From Cyanophora paradoxa CCMP329 (taxonomy: Eukaryota; Plantae; Glaucophyta): a DNA stretch of 64,000 bases. Location of the stretch: the NCBI GenBank assembly GCA_004431415.1, contig QPMI01000209.1, forward strand, positions 62,001 to 126,000. The letters run 5' to 3'. The position numbers and the translations under genes are program-made. Positions 35,589 through 49,300 of this stretch are shown here, one piece after another. Each line of letters begins with the position of its first letter. Position 1 is the stretch's first letter. The notes under the pieces are model-generated. The model saw nothing but the letters and a program-made list of their open reading frames with translations, was not told where the DNA came from and did not search any database.

Positions 35589-37194
35589 ATGCTCAAGCTC
35601 AAAGCGAAGCTCAAATCGCTCGGCTCCAACGACAATGTTGCGACCCACGGTGCGGCGGAGAACGCACTGGCCGCGGTGACCTCCAGCCCGTCGTCATCAC
35701 AGCTCGCCGCCAAGCTGCGGGCGGCCGAAGACGACCTGAGCGCCACTTCAGACCAGGTTCGAGCGTTCTAGCCGAGCGAAGCTCACCGGCCCGGTTGCGC
35801 TAGCACCTGCGAGCTCGCGTTCCGAACCTCGCCGCCTCGCGCAGTGCCAGGTGCTCTCGCAGCTCATCGTCGTCGCTCGGGATGAGGCCGCAAAGAAGGT
35901 GCTGAAATCAGCTATCCTGCCTCGCCTCCTCGCGCGCGCCATGCCAACCTCCGCAGGACGAGGAAATCGACTCGCTGAAGCAGCAAGTGGCGCGGCTCGA
36001 GCGCGAGCTCAAAACCACGCGGGAAATCTTCCGCAAGTACCTCACCGATCTGGTCCGCCCGCCGAGCCGCCGTGGGCCCGGAAAGAAGGGGCGACGCCCG
36101 ACGTGGCAATCGCTGCAGGGTCGCCACGAGGACGAGATCGCGGTACTCTGCGGTTTCGCGGAGGACCACCCAGATGAGCAGAGGAAGACCGCGGTCGCCG
36201 CGCCGCCGGGAAGCGCCACGGAAGAAGCCCGGCCGTGCGGCCCCCGCGACCCGCCGCCGCTCCTTTTTCTGATCTGCGGCGAGCAGGGTCACCGACAGCG
36301 ACATCATGGCGCAAATTACGCGGGTCAGTGGCCGCTTTCTATTCTTGCGCGTGCCGGCCCCTCGCCGCTCAGACCTGCGCAGGCATCCAACAGCAGCAGC
36401 AGCAGCAAGGGATCCGCTCCCGCCGCCACCCCCTCCGCTCCTACTTCCGCCCCGTCCTCCCCTCATGCTCCCTCCGAACGCGCCGCCGCCCCTGCGCCGC
36501 CGGCCCCCGCTCCCGCGCCGCCGGCCCCCGCATCCAACGCGCCGTCCACCGCCACCGCGCCCGCGCCCGCGGTCTCCATGCCGCCACCGCCGCCGCCGCC
36601 GCCGAAGGCGAAGCCGCCGTCCCCGCGCCGCCTGCGGACATCGATCCCGAGGTGGAAAAGATGCGCGCCATGTTCGGGTTCGGCGGCCTCAAGCCGTCGG
36701 CCTCGAGCTGCGACGTCGCGGCCGCCGGCAACGGCGCCGCCGCCCGCCCTCCCCTGCCCCGCTCGGCCGCCTCCTCGCCCGTGCCCCAAGCGATGGCCCG
36801 CGTGGCCTCGCCGAGCCCGTCCTCGTCTCCGGCGGCGGGGCCCTCGCCCTCGCCGCCCCCGGCGCCGGCGCTGGTCGTGGAGGCGGAGGCGGAGGCGGAG
36901 GCGGCGGGCGCCTCGGACCCCGTGGACGCCCTCCGCGCCAAGTTCGGCATGGCCGTCGACGCCCCCGGCTCCCGCAGCTCCTCCCCCTCCGCCCGCCCGC
37001 CGCCCCTCCCCCGCACCCGCACCCGCCGCCCCGCCCCGGACCCCGCGCCCCTCTCCCCGTCCGCCTCGCCCGTCCCGCCGGCAGACCCCGCCCCGCCGGC
37101 GCCGCCGCCACCGCCGCCCCGGACCGGCTCGGGGGACGACGAGCTCGAGAAGATGAGGGCGATGTTCGGCTTCGGCGGCCTCAAGCCCAAGTAG
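35589..37194 (+). CDS. hypothetical coiled-coil + Pro/Ala-rich protein with repeated KMRAMFGFGGLKP motif
   Basis: Exons read MLKLKAKLKSLG...|LAAKLRAAEDDL...|DEEIDSLKQQVARLERELKTTREIF (heptads). The Pro-rich tail carries two identical EKMRAMFGFGGLKP motifs. Stop TAG is at 37192-37194. Confidence 0.6.
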
Positions 37195-37382
37195 CCGGCC
37201 CGGTCCCCGCGCGCCGGCCTTGGTTGTTAGTTAGCTAGCGGGGGCCTGCATGCAGGAGTCGCTCAGCGCCCCCTTCTTTCAAGGGAGGACGGAGGAGCTT
37301 GCATTTCGAGAGGGAAGGGGGGGCGGGAGGGGCGAGCGGGGCCGGGGGAGCGGGAGCGGGGGCGGGGGGCGCGGGGCGGGGC

Positions 37383-39516
37383 TCAGTAGGTGGTGGCGGA
37401 GGGGAAGAGGCCGCGGGCCTCGCGGGAGTCCTTGGTGCTCTTGGCCGGCTTCCGCGCCTCCTCGGCCTGCTTGCCCAGCAGGCAGCAGAACCAGTTGCCC
37501 ACCTGCGCCCCGCCCCCGCGCCCTGCACGTCACGAGCCGCGCGCCAGCGGGGCGGGGCGGGGCGGGGCGGGCGGGGCGGGGCGCGCCCTGCCGAAGAAAG
37601 CCATGCTGAAGAAGTCGGGGGAAGGTGGCCGCGCCGGCGCGTTCACGACGCTCTGCGGCTCCGGGCTCCCACGGGGCGCCGCCGCGACGGGCCCGCTGAG
37701 AGGCGCCCGCTCCGGGCCGGGGCGCGGCCGCGTGGCGGCGAGGGCGTCTGGGAGCGCCGCGGGATGCGCCGCTGCGAGTGCGGCGGCGGCTGCTTCGAGA
37801 GGCGGATGCGGTCCTCGTCTGCCGCCCCGGTCGGCGGCGGGCGGGGCGGGGCGGAGATAAAGGCGGAGGCGGGGCGGCGCACCGCAGAAGGGGAAGTCGG
37901 CAAGGGCCTGCGCGCCGTTGGCCCAGCGCTGCTCGGGCGCCTCGCGCAGCAGCCGCCGGACGAACGCCGCGAGCGGCCCGCTCACGCTCTCCCGCGGCGT
38001 CCAGTTCTGGAAGTACCTGCGCTCGAGTCCGCGTGGGGAGGCTTCTCGGGGGACGGGGGCCGGCCCTGCGCACGTGCGCGACGGGGCCTGCTTCGTGAGG
38101 AGGTTGAGGCACGTCGCCCCGAGGCTGCCGCGGGGCTTCAGGGGCGGCCGACGTCGCGCACGGGCGCGGGGCGGGCGGGGCCGGGGCGCTCGCTCGCCTG
38201 TACAGATCGGAAGCGGGACCCGCCTTGCCCTGCACCTGCTCCGGCGCCGCGAAGCTTCGGGGGGCGTGAGCGGAGCGCCCCGAGCCCGCCGGGGGCGAGG
38301 GTGAGGGGCGGACGCGGCGGTGCCGACGTTGGTGGTGAAGGTGGCGCCGGGGGCGGACCCCCGCGAGTGCCCGAAGTCGACGAGGAGGAAGCGGCCGTCC
38401 CCCCTCCTGTGCACGATGTTCTCTGGCTTTACGTCCCTGCCCCGCGGTCGGCCGGCCGCCCGGGCGGGGAGGCGGCGCGGCGGGGGCGCCTGTGGACGAA
38501 TCCCTTGGAGTGGAGGTAGGCGAGGACGGGGAGGATGTCCATGAGGAGCTTGCGGACGGTCTCCTCGTTGAAGCCGGCCGTGGTCCGCGCCAGCAGCCGC
38601 CCCATGTCCTCCCCGTCCGCGTACTCCATCGCCACGAAGCTGCCGCCCGCCCCCTCGGCGCCGCCCCGCGCAGCGCGGCGCGGGGCGGGGCGGCGCACTT
38701 GTTGCCGTCGGCGTGCGTGCCGCTGGCGATGAGCGCTGGGACGTTCGGGTGGCGCAGGACGTTCAGCGCGCCGACCTGCCGGCAGCGTCAGCCACAGGCA
38801 GCACTGCGGGCACTCGGCGGGACGCGCCTCTGCCTCAAACAGGACCTGCGCGTCGGTCGTGCGCCCCGTGTACACCTTGAGTACGCAGAGGCTCGATTCG
38901 CTCGAGGTTGAAGCCTCATCCTGACTGTGAGAGAGATCCCGCGCCAGAAGGATGCTCGTGTGCGGGCCCTGCGGTAGGTGTCACCTCCGAGTAACATATC
39001 ACTCGGAATAATTGCCACGGGGCCACCTTCGCGAGCAGACGCAGAGGTTTGAACCGCTCGTCGTAGAAGAGCGGAGTCCTCTTCTGGGGGCACCTGATGC
39101 AGCGTCAGCTGGGGGCTGGACGTTTGGGGGCGGACCGGGCGCGCTTGTAGTCGGTCAGGGGAACGTCTGGCAATGTGACCGCTGTGTGGCTCCGCTTGCA
39201 TGCGACGCAGTAGACGCTGGACACTTGTTAGCTCTAAAGCGACTTGGAGGCCTAGGGCTCGCGTGGACTAGAGGCCTACAGCGCACTCTGTCTCAAGGAA
39301 CTGCGCGCCCGTCGTCGCCCCGGCGACCGACGTCGACGGCGGCATCGGCGTGCTGCTCAGCGACAGTTTGCCTGATGCTGCCGCTCTGCTGGGGTGCGAG
39401 TAGGTGGATGCGGTCAGTCGCACAGGCCGAAAAGCAGCCGCTGTTATCACAGGCTAGCAGGCGGAATGGCGGCTATCGATTCGAAGTTGAACGGCTTGAG
39501 AAGAACGTACCCCCAT
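37383..39516 (-). CDS. Ser/Thr protein kinase of cyanobacterial Pkn2/Spk appearance
   Basis: Spliced translation gives CVLK...LFEAE|VGALNVLRHPNVPAL...FVAMEYADGED...FNEETVRKLLMDILPVLAYLHSKGFVHR|DVKPENIVHRRGDGRFLLVDFG...VGTAA|FAAPEQVQGKAGPASDLYS|LGATCLNLLT...VSGPLAAFVRRLL...RW. The C-terminus is WFCCLLGK...ATTY*. Confidence 0.88.
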
Positions 39517-40343
39517 GAGCCGCACCTGGATCGGCGCTCTCTTGGGCTCTAGCTCTCGTTAGCGTTCCCCTCAATTGCGAGCTTCGACGACTTCCAGGTG
39601 AACCCGCATATGTATAGTTCTCCAGCTGCAGATGCACCCGACGCGAGCGCCTTGCACAACTGTAACCCGCCCCCGTTCCTTCCCCCAACATCGACCTCCT
39701 CCCCCTCGAGCTCCGCCAAAGCTCCAAGCACCCGGTCGCGGCGGCACCGTCGCGCGCGGGACCGTCGGACCCGCGAAAACAAATTAAGCTCCGAGGCCTC
39801 TCTCTCGCGTCGCAGCTGGTAGCTCTCGAGTCTCGAGGTTGCTTAAAGCTTGTGGTGCCCCGCCCGGGTAGACCGATCGGAGTTTTCGGCGGCACCAGCT
39901 AGCCGTCATGCAGGGCTAGCTTCTGTGGCTGTGCGCCAGCGCTCAGCGGCTAGCCGCGGCACCGGTGTCTGCAAGCATTGAAGCTGCGGTCGCCCCGCAG
40001 CTTCTGGTCCGACGGTCTCTACATCTAGATCATTGCTGAGCCGCTAGGCCTAGGCTAGATCAATTTCAGTGCAGCTATCGGCTATCCAAGCGCTTCTAGA
40101 TCTCGCCAGCAGCGAGTTGCTCTGCGTGACGGCCGCGCATCTACACAGGTGCCACTTAGCCAAGCGTTTCCGCGGCGAGCATCGCAGCCTCACGCAGCTG
40201 GGGCGAACAAGTCGACAAGAAGCCGTCGGGGGCGACGACGAGCTAGCGAGCGCTGCTGAGCGCATGCGCAGCGTTGCTGCGTGCGCCAGAATGGAGAGCC
40301 GCAGCAGAGCGATGTGCTTGGGCGTATACAGAAGCAGATAACG

Positions 40344-43300
40344 ATGCAGCCCTTTTGCGCCTCGGCTGAGCAGATGCGTCCTGCGCGTGCTCGAGGGCCG
40401 CGCCAGTGCTCGGAGGACCGCGAGCCCTTCCAGCTGGCCGATGCATGTGCAGTGCACTTTGCGGTGCACCATGCATCCGCGTCAGCGACAGAGGGCCACA
40501 CGGGCGCGAAGATCCGCAGCGGCCTTCCAAGCGACGTAGAAGCGCTGCGCCTGGCGGAAGAGTGCGGGGCGGAGCAGCGCTGTTGCTCTGCGCACCACCC
40601 ACCGCGGCGGAGACTCGTGCGGCCGGGAGCGCTCGCGCGGCTGGCCATTATCAGCGCGCTCCTCGCGCTCCTGGGTCTCGCGCCGGCGTGCCTGGCCCAG
40701 AACATCCGTGCGCAACGGTCCCGATTCCGCTGCGTCGCCCGCCGGCGCTGACACTCCGCTCAGCGGCCTTGCCCCCGATCTACGCGGTGGCCATCGCCCA
40801 GAACGAAACCTACGCCTACCTGCGCCTCCCCACGCCCATGGAGCTGGACTTCTCCAGGCGCGGCCCCGCCTTCCTGCGTGGCTCCGCGCCGCCAGCGCTC
40901 ACGCCCGTGCAGCGCGGGGGCCGGGGCGATGCTGGAGGCGTGGATCAAGTTCGACGCGCCGCCGGACGCCGGCCGGGAGTTCGTGCTCTTCGACCTGGTG
41001 GCCGCGGTGGCGGACCCCCTCGCCGATCCCCCCGTCCCGCCCTCCCGCGTCCGCGTCGCCGTGGACGACCGCGCGCTGCTCCACGCGCACGTCACGGGGG
41101 CCGACGGCGCGACGGTCAGCGTCTCCCCCACAGCGACCCTCGCCGCGCCCGCCAAGAACCTCTCCTCGGGCGACTGGCACCACGTCATGCTCACGCTCAC
41201 GGCACGTGTCCCCAACCCTCCCCCCCACCCCCCTCCCCCCCACCCCGACCCCCCTTCCCCGCCCCCGTCCTCCACATCCCTCTCGCCCCTCGCGCCGCGC
41301 GCCTGACGGGGGGCGGGCGCAGGCGGCGGGCTCCGGCGGGGGCCCGAGCCACGCGACGCTCTTCCTGGAGAGCGAGGCGTACAGCGAGGCGACGCCGGTC
41401 GGGCTCGACACGGCGGCCGCCGTCTCGTTCGCGCGCGCCCACTTCGGGCGCTCCGCGGAGTCCATCGACGCCGGCGGCGTCCACAACCAGACCTTCCTCG
41501 TCGCCACGCTCCGCGTCTGGCGCGCCCCGCCCCGCCCTGCCCCGCCCCCGCCCCGCCGCGGAGTCGTTCCCCCTTGTGACGCCGCGGGGCGCCGCAGGGG
41601 CCGCATCCCCGAGGAGTGCTCCATGCCCGAGATCCCCCGCCTGGTCTTCCAGTCCCCAGTGGACGGCCTGCTCGTCCAGGTGCGCGGCCGCCGGCGCGGC
41701 GCCGTGCATCCGCGGCTCGGCCCACGCCGGCGCGGCAGGTCGCGCTGGAGGAGATCGAGCTGACGGACACGATCCCGACGGTCGGCTCGCTCGGCTCGCC
41801 CACCTTCCGCTACGCCGGCCTCGAGGAGAGCAGCCTCGCCCAGTGCGCCCCGCGGCGGCCGCGGCGGCCGCGGCGGCCGCCCCCGCCCGTCCCCCCCCTC
41901 CCCGCCCTGACGCGCCGCCCCGGGGCCGGCAGGATCACTTCCAACTCGACGCTGGAGCTGTTCCCGTGCCGGTACCCCTACGAGTTCTCGGTGTCGCACC
42001 CGAACTCGATCGGGCAGCTGGACGGCGTGATGGGGTACCTGAGCGACCGGGACGCCGTCCTCCAGCTCGAGCCGGTCACCATGAACGCCACCACGCTCTA
42101 CACGTACGTCAACGTCGGGATCACCTTCAACGTGAGCTTCCAGTACACCGGCGGCCCGGACCCCGACGTCCTCCGCGAGGAGGTCCAGAAAAAGGACCAG
42201 AATGGCATCCCAATGATAGACCCGGACACATTGCAGCCCATAATCGAAATCAAGGAAACAGTCATTCGGACGCAATCGACAGTCGTCTCTCCGCCGAGCT
42301 GCCCGCTCACCACCAGGCTGGACTTCACGCTGCCGAACATCCCCGCGGGGCTGGCATACATCGTCTCCAGCACGCCGGTCGGCCTCTTCGGCGGCGGCAG
42401 AGTGACGATCACGGCCCCGGAGCCGCCGAAGTACCTCGTCGCCTCCACCGTCGGCGAGGGCGTGAACCAGCCCATCTACCTCATGGCGCGCCACCCCGGC
42501 CCCACGCCGGCCGTTTCCCGGGTCCTCACCGTGCCCTGCAGGGCCCGGCCGCCGTCTTCAAAATCACCGCGTACGACAAGAACGGAATTAACAGGGAGTA
42601 CCCCTCCGTTCTCGTCAAGGAGTGCGTACACCCGCGCCGTGCGCCGCGTTGCGCCGCGGCTCGTGACGGCGGCCCGGGCAGGCTCAACGCGGTCGTGATG
42701 GATCCGGAGGGGAACTACTCGTGCTCGATCTCGCCGCCGTCGTCCATCTCCAGCGTCGGCTCGGAGTGGGAGCTCCCCATGTTCTGCGAGAAGCCGGCGA
42801 CGGGGCCCGGCCTGCTCTGGACCGACCCCCCGCTCTACGGGGACGGCTTCTGGTCCTTCTACATCCGCTGTGCGCCGCCCGCCGGCCCCGAGCGCGCGCG
42901 GCGCAGACGCGCCTCACCCCGCGGCGCAGTCCAGCCGAAGTTCATCGAGATCGTGCTGAGCGACAACGCCTTCTTCGACGAGGCGTCCGAGCGCTGGGCC
43001 CTCACCGTCGGCGAGACGTACACGATGACGTTCTTCCCCATAAACTTCGCGAAAACAGTCTGGTGCCTGGGCGACGACGTCCGCATCCGCGCGGAAGGGC
43101 CGCTGAGCCCGCTGCCGGCGCTTTATGGCCCGGTGGAGACCCTCGGCATGTCGACGTCCTTCACGTTCGAGGTGACGCCGAATAAGACGGGCAGGGGCCT
43201 CATCGCCGGCCGCGGCCGCCAGAAGATCGACGGCGGCGTCTTCCTGTACAACGTCTTCGGTGCGATTCGAACCCGCGCGGGTTGTGCGGTCGCCGCTGAC

Positions 43301-46300
43301 GGGAGCGCCGGCAGGCGCGCCGAGCGCGATGAAGCTCACGTTCCAGGAGACAGGGGAGAGCACGATCGTGACCCAGGCCGGCGCGACGCTCACGCTCCGG
43401 GTCGCCTCGGTAGACTCAGCGACGCTGGCCCCGATCCTCATCTTCGTCAACGCGGAGGAGATGCGGTGCGCGAGGCCCGCGGCCGTGCCCGCGGCTCGGG
43501 CCCGCAGGGGAGGGGAGAGCCCTTACGCACGCGCGCCCCAGGATCACGGCGACGGACTTCCTCACGAACACGACATTCGAGTACCCGGAGCTGTACGGGA
43601 CGGACTGGGCGATAACCTTCACCGTGCCCGCCTTCGCCTTCGGTGCGGCCAAAATTGAATCGGCGTATCCCCCCTCTCTGGGCGCCGCCACCGTCTTCGT
43701 CACCGGTCCGTCCGCCCGCCCCGTCCCCCCGGCTCCGGCGCGGCTTCGAAATTCGATGCCTGAGCCTCGCCGCAGCGAAATTGACGAGCGTGGTGGTCAC
43801 GCTGCCGCCGGGCCTGCTCCGGGGCAACGAGACGGGCATCTACGCGTACACCGTGAACACCACGATCACGGTCACCGTGACGCCCAAGAACTTCGGCAAC
43901 GCCGTCTACGTCCCCGCCACCATCTTCGAGTGCGCACGTCGGCCGGTCCTGCCTCGCGCTGTTCGAATTCGCTGATGATGCGCGCCCGCAGCCTGCGCGC
44001 GTCGGGCGCGCTGACGACCGCCGACCTTGACACGCCGGTCGCGACGCCCGACGTCAGGGGCTTTGGCTCGCAGTTCGTGATGAAGGTCAAAATCGGGTTG
44101 CGCACGGGCACCGCGTCGATCACCAGCCGGCCGCCCCTCGAGTTGCCCGTCTCCTTCACCGTCGTCGGTCCGCCTTCCGCCGCCGCCGCCGTTGTATCTC
44201 CCGCTCTGCCTGACGTGCGCCGGCGCCAGACTCGCCGGACCAGGTCCGCCTGGTGCTGCCCGAGGGCGTCGGGAAGGACAGCGCGTACCGCGTCAACTCG
44301 ACCTTCGCGGTCACGGCGCGCCCCCGCAAGGCGGGCTCCGCCATCTTCATGACATCAACGGGCCTCACGCTCTCTGCCAGCGGCGTCCTCAAGAACTCGA
44401 GCATCCACCCCATCCCGCTGGGCGTCGACGCGATGTTCGCGGTCAACGTTTCGACCCCCGCCACGGGCGGCCTCGCCGCGCTCCACGCCAGGGGAGGCAA
44501 CGTCTCGTTCGCCATCGTCGGTGCGCCGGCGCGCGCGGCTCGCCGGAGCCCGCTCACCGCGCCTGCAGAGATGCCGACGGAGTTGACGTTCTCCATCTCG
44601 TCGCCGGCCTTCCGGACGCCCGAGTTCCCGATCTTCGTCTACTCGAGGACGCCCGCCATTAACTGCACCGTCGTTCCCAGAATCGCCGGCCGCACCGTCA
44701 TCACTCACTACACGGACGTCCGGTGCGCCTCCAGCGTCGTCCGGCGTTTCCGCCCCGTGGTTCGACACCCGCCGCAGGCTGAGCTCGTCCGGCGCGGTCC
44801 CCACTGCGGCGCTGCCACCCCTCGTCGGCGGCAACTTCGGCGTGACGACGTCATTCTCCTTCGTGATTCCCTTCTCGGGCACCACGGGCCCCGTCAACAT
44901 CACCGGCACGCCGGCGTTCAACCCGCCCCTCGTCTTCGCCATCGCCGGTGCCTCTCCGTGTCGCCCCGCCGCTGCCTACGCCGCACGCTGAGCGCACAGC
45001 CAGACGTACCGACGGGCATGCTGGTGGACGCGTCCAAGCCGGAATACATGGGCCCCGTCTACATGGCCAACACGACGATTGCCGTGCGATCGCCCCACGC
45101 CGTCGACGTCCCTGCAATCGCCGCTCACGCCTCTTGCAGCTGACGGCGACTGCTGTCCGCCGTTCCGACCGTATTTTCGCTCTGAACGAGACCATCAAGT
45201 CCGCCATCCGCATTTCAAGTTCTTTGTTCGACCGCTGATGTCGCGTGCAGGCTCGCGAGCTTGGGGGTGCGCACGCGGTTCAGCCCTCTGTCGCCGGTGT
45301 ACAGCAACGCGTTCGAGCTCACGGCGACGCTGTCGAACGACACCGGCCCCGCCGCTTTCGAGGGCACCCCCGGCCTCATGCAGCCCTTCACGTTCTGGGT
45401 GGTCGGGCCGCCGACGATAGCGGAGCTCACGTGCCCGCCGGTTATGATCTCCGCCGACTCGGGCCCGATCGAGTGCACGCTGAGGTCCCTCGTCGGCCTC
45501 AACCATACGACCTGGACGCACCACTCGTGGATCGACGCGGCGATTTCCAACAGCGCCGCGTCGGCGTCGGTCGCCTCGCCGCAGTACCCCTACGTCGCCA
45601 CCTCCTTCAGTGTCTTCGTGCAGGCGTCGCAGGAGGCCGCCGCGACGGGCAGCGAGTCAACGCGCGCCTTCGGCACCGTTTCCGCGGCGTTCACGATGCC
45701 CGACGGCGTCGTCGTCCAGTCGCCGTCCGTCAACATCAGCATGGCGTTCGTGCCAGACCGCACGAGCAGCGTGACCTGCTTCCCGCTCTACTTCGACCCG
45801 AGCACGGTCACCAACTGCACCTTCGTCGCCCGCCGCAAGTCCGTCGCCGTGCACACGTCCCTCACGCTCGTCCCGTCCACTATCGGCCCGCTCTCCATCG
45901 TCTGGGTGGAGAACGCGACGAGCTTCGGGAGCCCCTCGTTCCGCTTCTCGGCGCGGGCCACCAACCTCGGCGGCCCCGCCCGCGCTGTCGTCTCTTCCCG
46001 CACGGCGGACGGCCGCTCCTTCTTCCTCGCCGACTTTGCGGTCACCTCCGCCGGTGCGTGGCGGCGCGCTCTCTTCCGAATTCCCGTTCTCATCCGGGTT
46101 CTCTCTGACAGATTACCCGTCGGCCGTGCAAGTGGACATGATGACGCCCGTCTCGGCGGGACCCGTGTACAACTACAACTCAACTATCACGGTCTCTTGT
46201 TCTCTTGTTCGCCCTCCTGAGCACGCACGGGCTAACTTCGCCTTCAGATGACCGTAACGCCTCTGAAGAACGGAACGAGGATATACGCACTGAACTCTTC

Positions 46301-49300
46301 CATCATGTAACGCCCGGAGTCACTCTTTCGTTGCATTCCGCCGCATCTGATGCCGCGCAGCTTCACGACGGCGCTGCTCCGCGGGACGTTCGGTCGACTC
46401 GCCGCTCCGGTGGCCAACGGCTGGATCCTCACGTTCTCCCTGTCCGAGGACACGGGCCCCGGCCGCCTCGAATTCACGCCAGCCGCCACGCAGCCCGTTC
46501 TCTACTGGGCCATCGGTGCGCCTCGTGTCGCGCGGTGAAACGTGCGCCCCTCTGACCGCCGCGCAGGCGTGCCGGACGGGGCGAACCTGACGTGCCCGAA
46601 CGTGACGACCGCGCAAGGCAGGAAGTTCAACTGCACGATCACGGCGCTGCGCGGCGGCGCGCCCGTGACCGTCCTCCCGAACGCCATCCGAGGCGTGGTC
46701 GCGAACAGCCTGGCGTCGGCGGACGCCGCCATCGCGCCCTGGCCGCACGCCTCGACGACCTTCTCGCTGCCGTTCCTCGTCGCGAGCCAGCCGGCGCGCG
46801 TTCTGCCCGCAAACACGACGGTTCGCGCGTACGGCACGGCTGCGGCGACGATCACGGGTGCAGGCGGCGCTTTGATCCCCGTGGCGCCGGTGAACGTGAG
46901 CGTCGCGTTCGAGCCGGACCGCACGAGCAGCGTCTCCTGCTTCCCCCTCTACTTCGACAAGTCGGCCAGCCCGCTGTGCACCTTCATCGCGCGCCGCAGC
47001 AACATTGTCGTCCACTCCTCCCTCGTCCTTTCGCCGGGCACCGCCGGGCCCCTTGCAGTCCTGTCGTACGACCCGGCCGCCGTGGCGTACGGGAGTTGGA
47101 CCTTCGACTTCGTCGTCGTGCCGCTGCCGCTGGGAGGGCAGGCGCGCGCCGTCGTCTACTCGAACCGGACCGCCGACGGAGCGCAGACCTTCCTCGCCGA
47201 CTTTGCGCTGACGGCCGCCGGTGATGCCGCCGCCCCCGCCCCCGTTGGACTTCGTCTCACTCGCGACGCCCTCGCAGACGAGCCGACGGACGTGCGCGTC
47301 GAATTCCAGAATCCTCTCGCCCCGGGACCCGTCTTCAACGCCACCTCCACCATACAGGTCACGCTCTTCTTCCATCCCGAGTATTCGGACAACGCCCTGA
47401 TACCGGCGCGCAGATGACGGTCACGCCTCTGAAAAACGGGACCCGCATCTACGCGCTGAACAGCTCCATCAGGTCCGCCTCCTGGCCGATTCTTCTGGTT
47501 GGTTTTGCTGATTTCTCGGCCCAGCTTCACGACGCTCCTGCGGGGCGAGTTCGGGAAGCTGACGGCGCCCGTCGGCAACTCGTGGGTCCTGACTTTCACG
47601 CTCTCGGACGAGACGGGCCCCGGGAGACTCGACTTTACGCCCCCCGCCACGCAGCCCGTTATCTACTGGGCCATCGGTGCGTGGCGAAACAGAGCGAAAC
47701 GGCGACCCGCCGGCTCTGAACCACTGCGCAGGCGTCCCCGACGCGGCGGACCTGCAGTGCCCCGGGGAGCCCACGGCCGAGAACTCCAAGTTCAACTGCA
47801 CCATCACGGCGCTGCGCGCGGGCCAGCCCGTCTCCGTCCTGCCCAGCTTCATCCGCGGCATCGCGTCGAACAGCCTGGCGTCGGCGGACGCCGCCATCGC
47901 GCCGTGGCCGCACGCCTCGCCGACCTTCTCGCTGCCGTTCCTCGTCGCGAGCCGTCCGTCTCCGACTGGGGACCCGCTCCTCCGCGCGTACGGCACGGCT
48001 GCGGCAACCATCGCGGGCACCGGAGGCGTGCCGATCCCCGTGGCGCCGGTGAACGTGAGCGTCGCGTTCGAGCCGGACCGCACGAGCAGCGTCTCCTGCT
48101 TCCCCCTCTACTTCGACTCGAGCGCCACGACGCGCTGCACGTTCGTGCCCAGGCGCAACGGCATCGTCGTGCAGACGTCGGTGCCGCTGGTGCCGTCGAC
48201 GGCTGGCCCGATGGCCGTGGACTGGGTTGACGGCTCCGCGACGGGCTTCGGAAGCGACCTGCTCGAGTTCACGGCGGCCGTGCTGCCGATCGGCGGCCCC
48301 AGCAACGCCACCGTCTCGGCCATCGCCTGGGCAAACAAGACGCTGCCGTGCGACACGTCGCTCTGGGCCGGCCTCGTCCGGCGTTCCCTGCTGCAGAGCC
48401 CCACGAACGCCTCCGCGGAGAACTGCACGTCGGCGAACGCCACGGAGCCGTGCCTGGACCCGGGCGCGACGCCCTCGCCCTCGCCGTCTCCGTCGCCGAC
48501 GCCGACGCCGGTGCCGCTCTGCCCGGCGCTCGTCCAGGTCAACAAGTCCCTCGCCGAGTTCGGCGTCATCACCGCCGACGAGCCGACCGCCGTGCAAGTC
48601 GACTACCTCTCGCCCAAGTTCTCGGGGCCCGTCTACGTTGCCGAGACCGCCATCGCCGTGCGTCTCCGTCTCGCGCCCGCGCCCGTGCAGCGCCGACAGC
48701 TGACGGCCCCGCAGGTCTTCGTGACGCCGCTGGTGGAGAACGGGACGGTGATCTACGCGCTGAACACCTCCGTCTCGTTCGCCACGGTCGGCCTCAACGC
48801 GACCTTCGGCACGCTGGCCGCGCCCGCCGCCAACGGCTGGCTCCTCGACCTCTGGCTCCCCGAGAGCACGGGCCCCAGCGCCCTCGAGTTCCAGCCGCCC
48901 TCTGTCGCCCCGCTCCCGTACTACGTGATCGGCAACGCCGACGGGGGCCAGATCCGGTGCCCGGCGGGCCCCTTCTACGTGAACGCGACCTTCAACTGCA
49001 GCTTCGAGGCGACGCGCAACGGCAGCGACGTGCACCTCCACGTGACCAGCGTCCGCCCGAGCGTCGCGGAGAGCCTCGCCTCGGCGCTCACGCCGCTCGC
49101 GACCTCGGCCTGGCCGCACGTCTCCACGGCCTTCGACGTGACGATGACCGTCGCCGCCGAGCCGCGGGCGCCGCGGGACAGCTCGCGGCCGGCGTACGGC
49201 ATCGTGGGCGGGAGCCTGGCGGCGTCGGACGCGCGGGGGAGGCCCGTCCCGCTCGTGCCCGTGGACGTCGAGCTCGTCTTCGACGCCGACACGACGAGCC

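Noticed and set aside
39549-40341. Short ORFs between the kinase and the giant gene
   Set aside because: They may be eroded coding remnants, but I could not build a supported model or assign a family.
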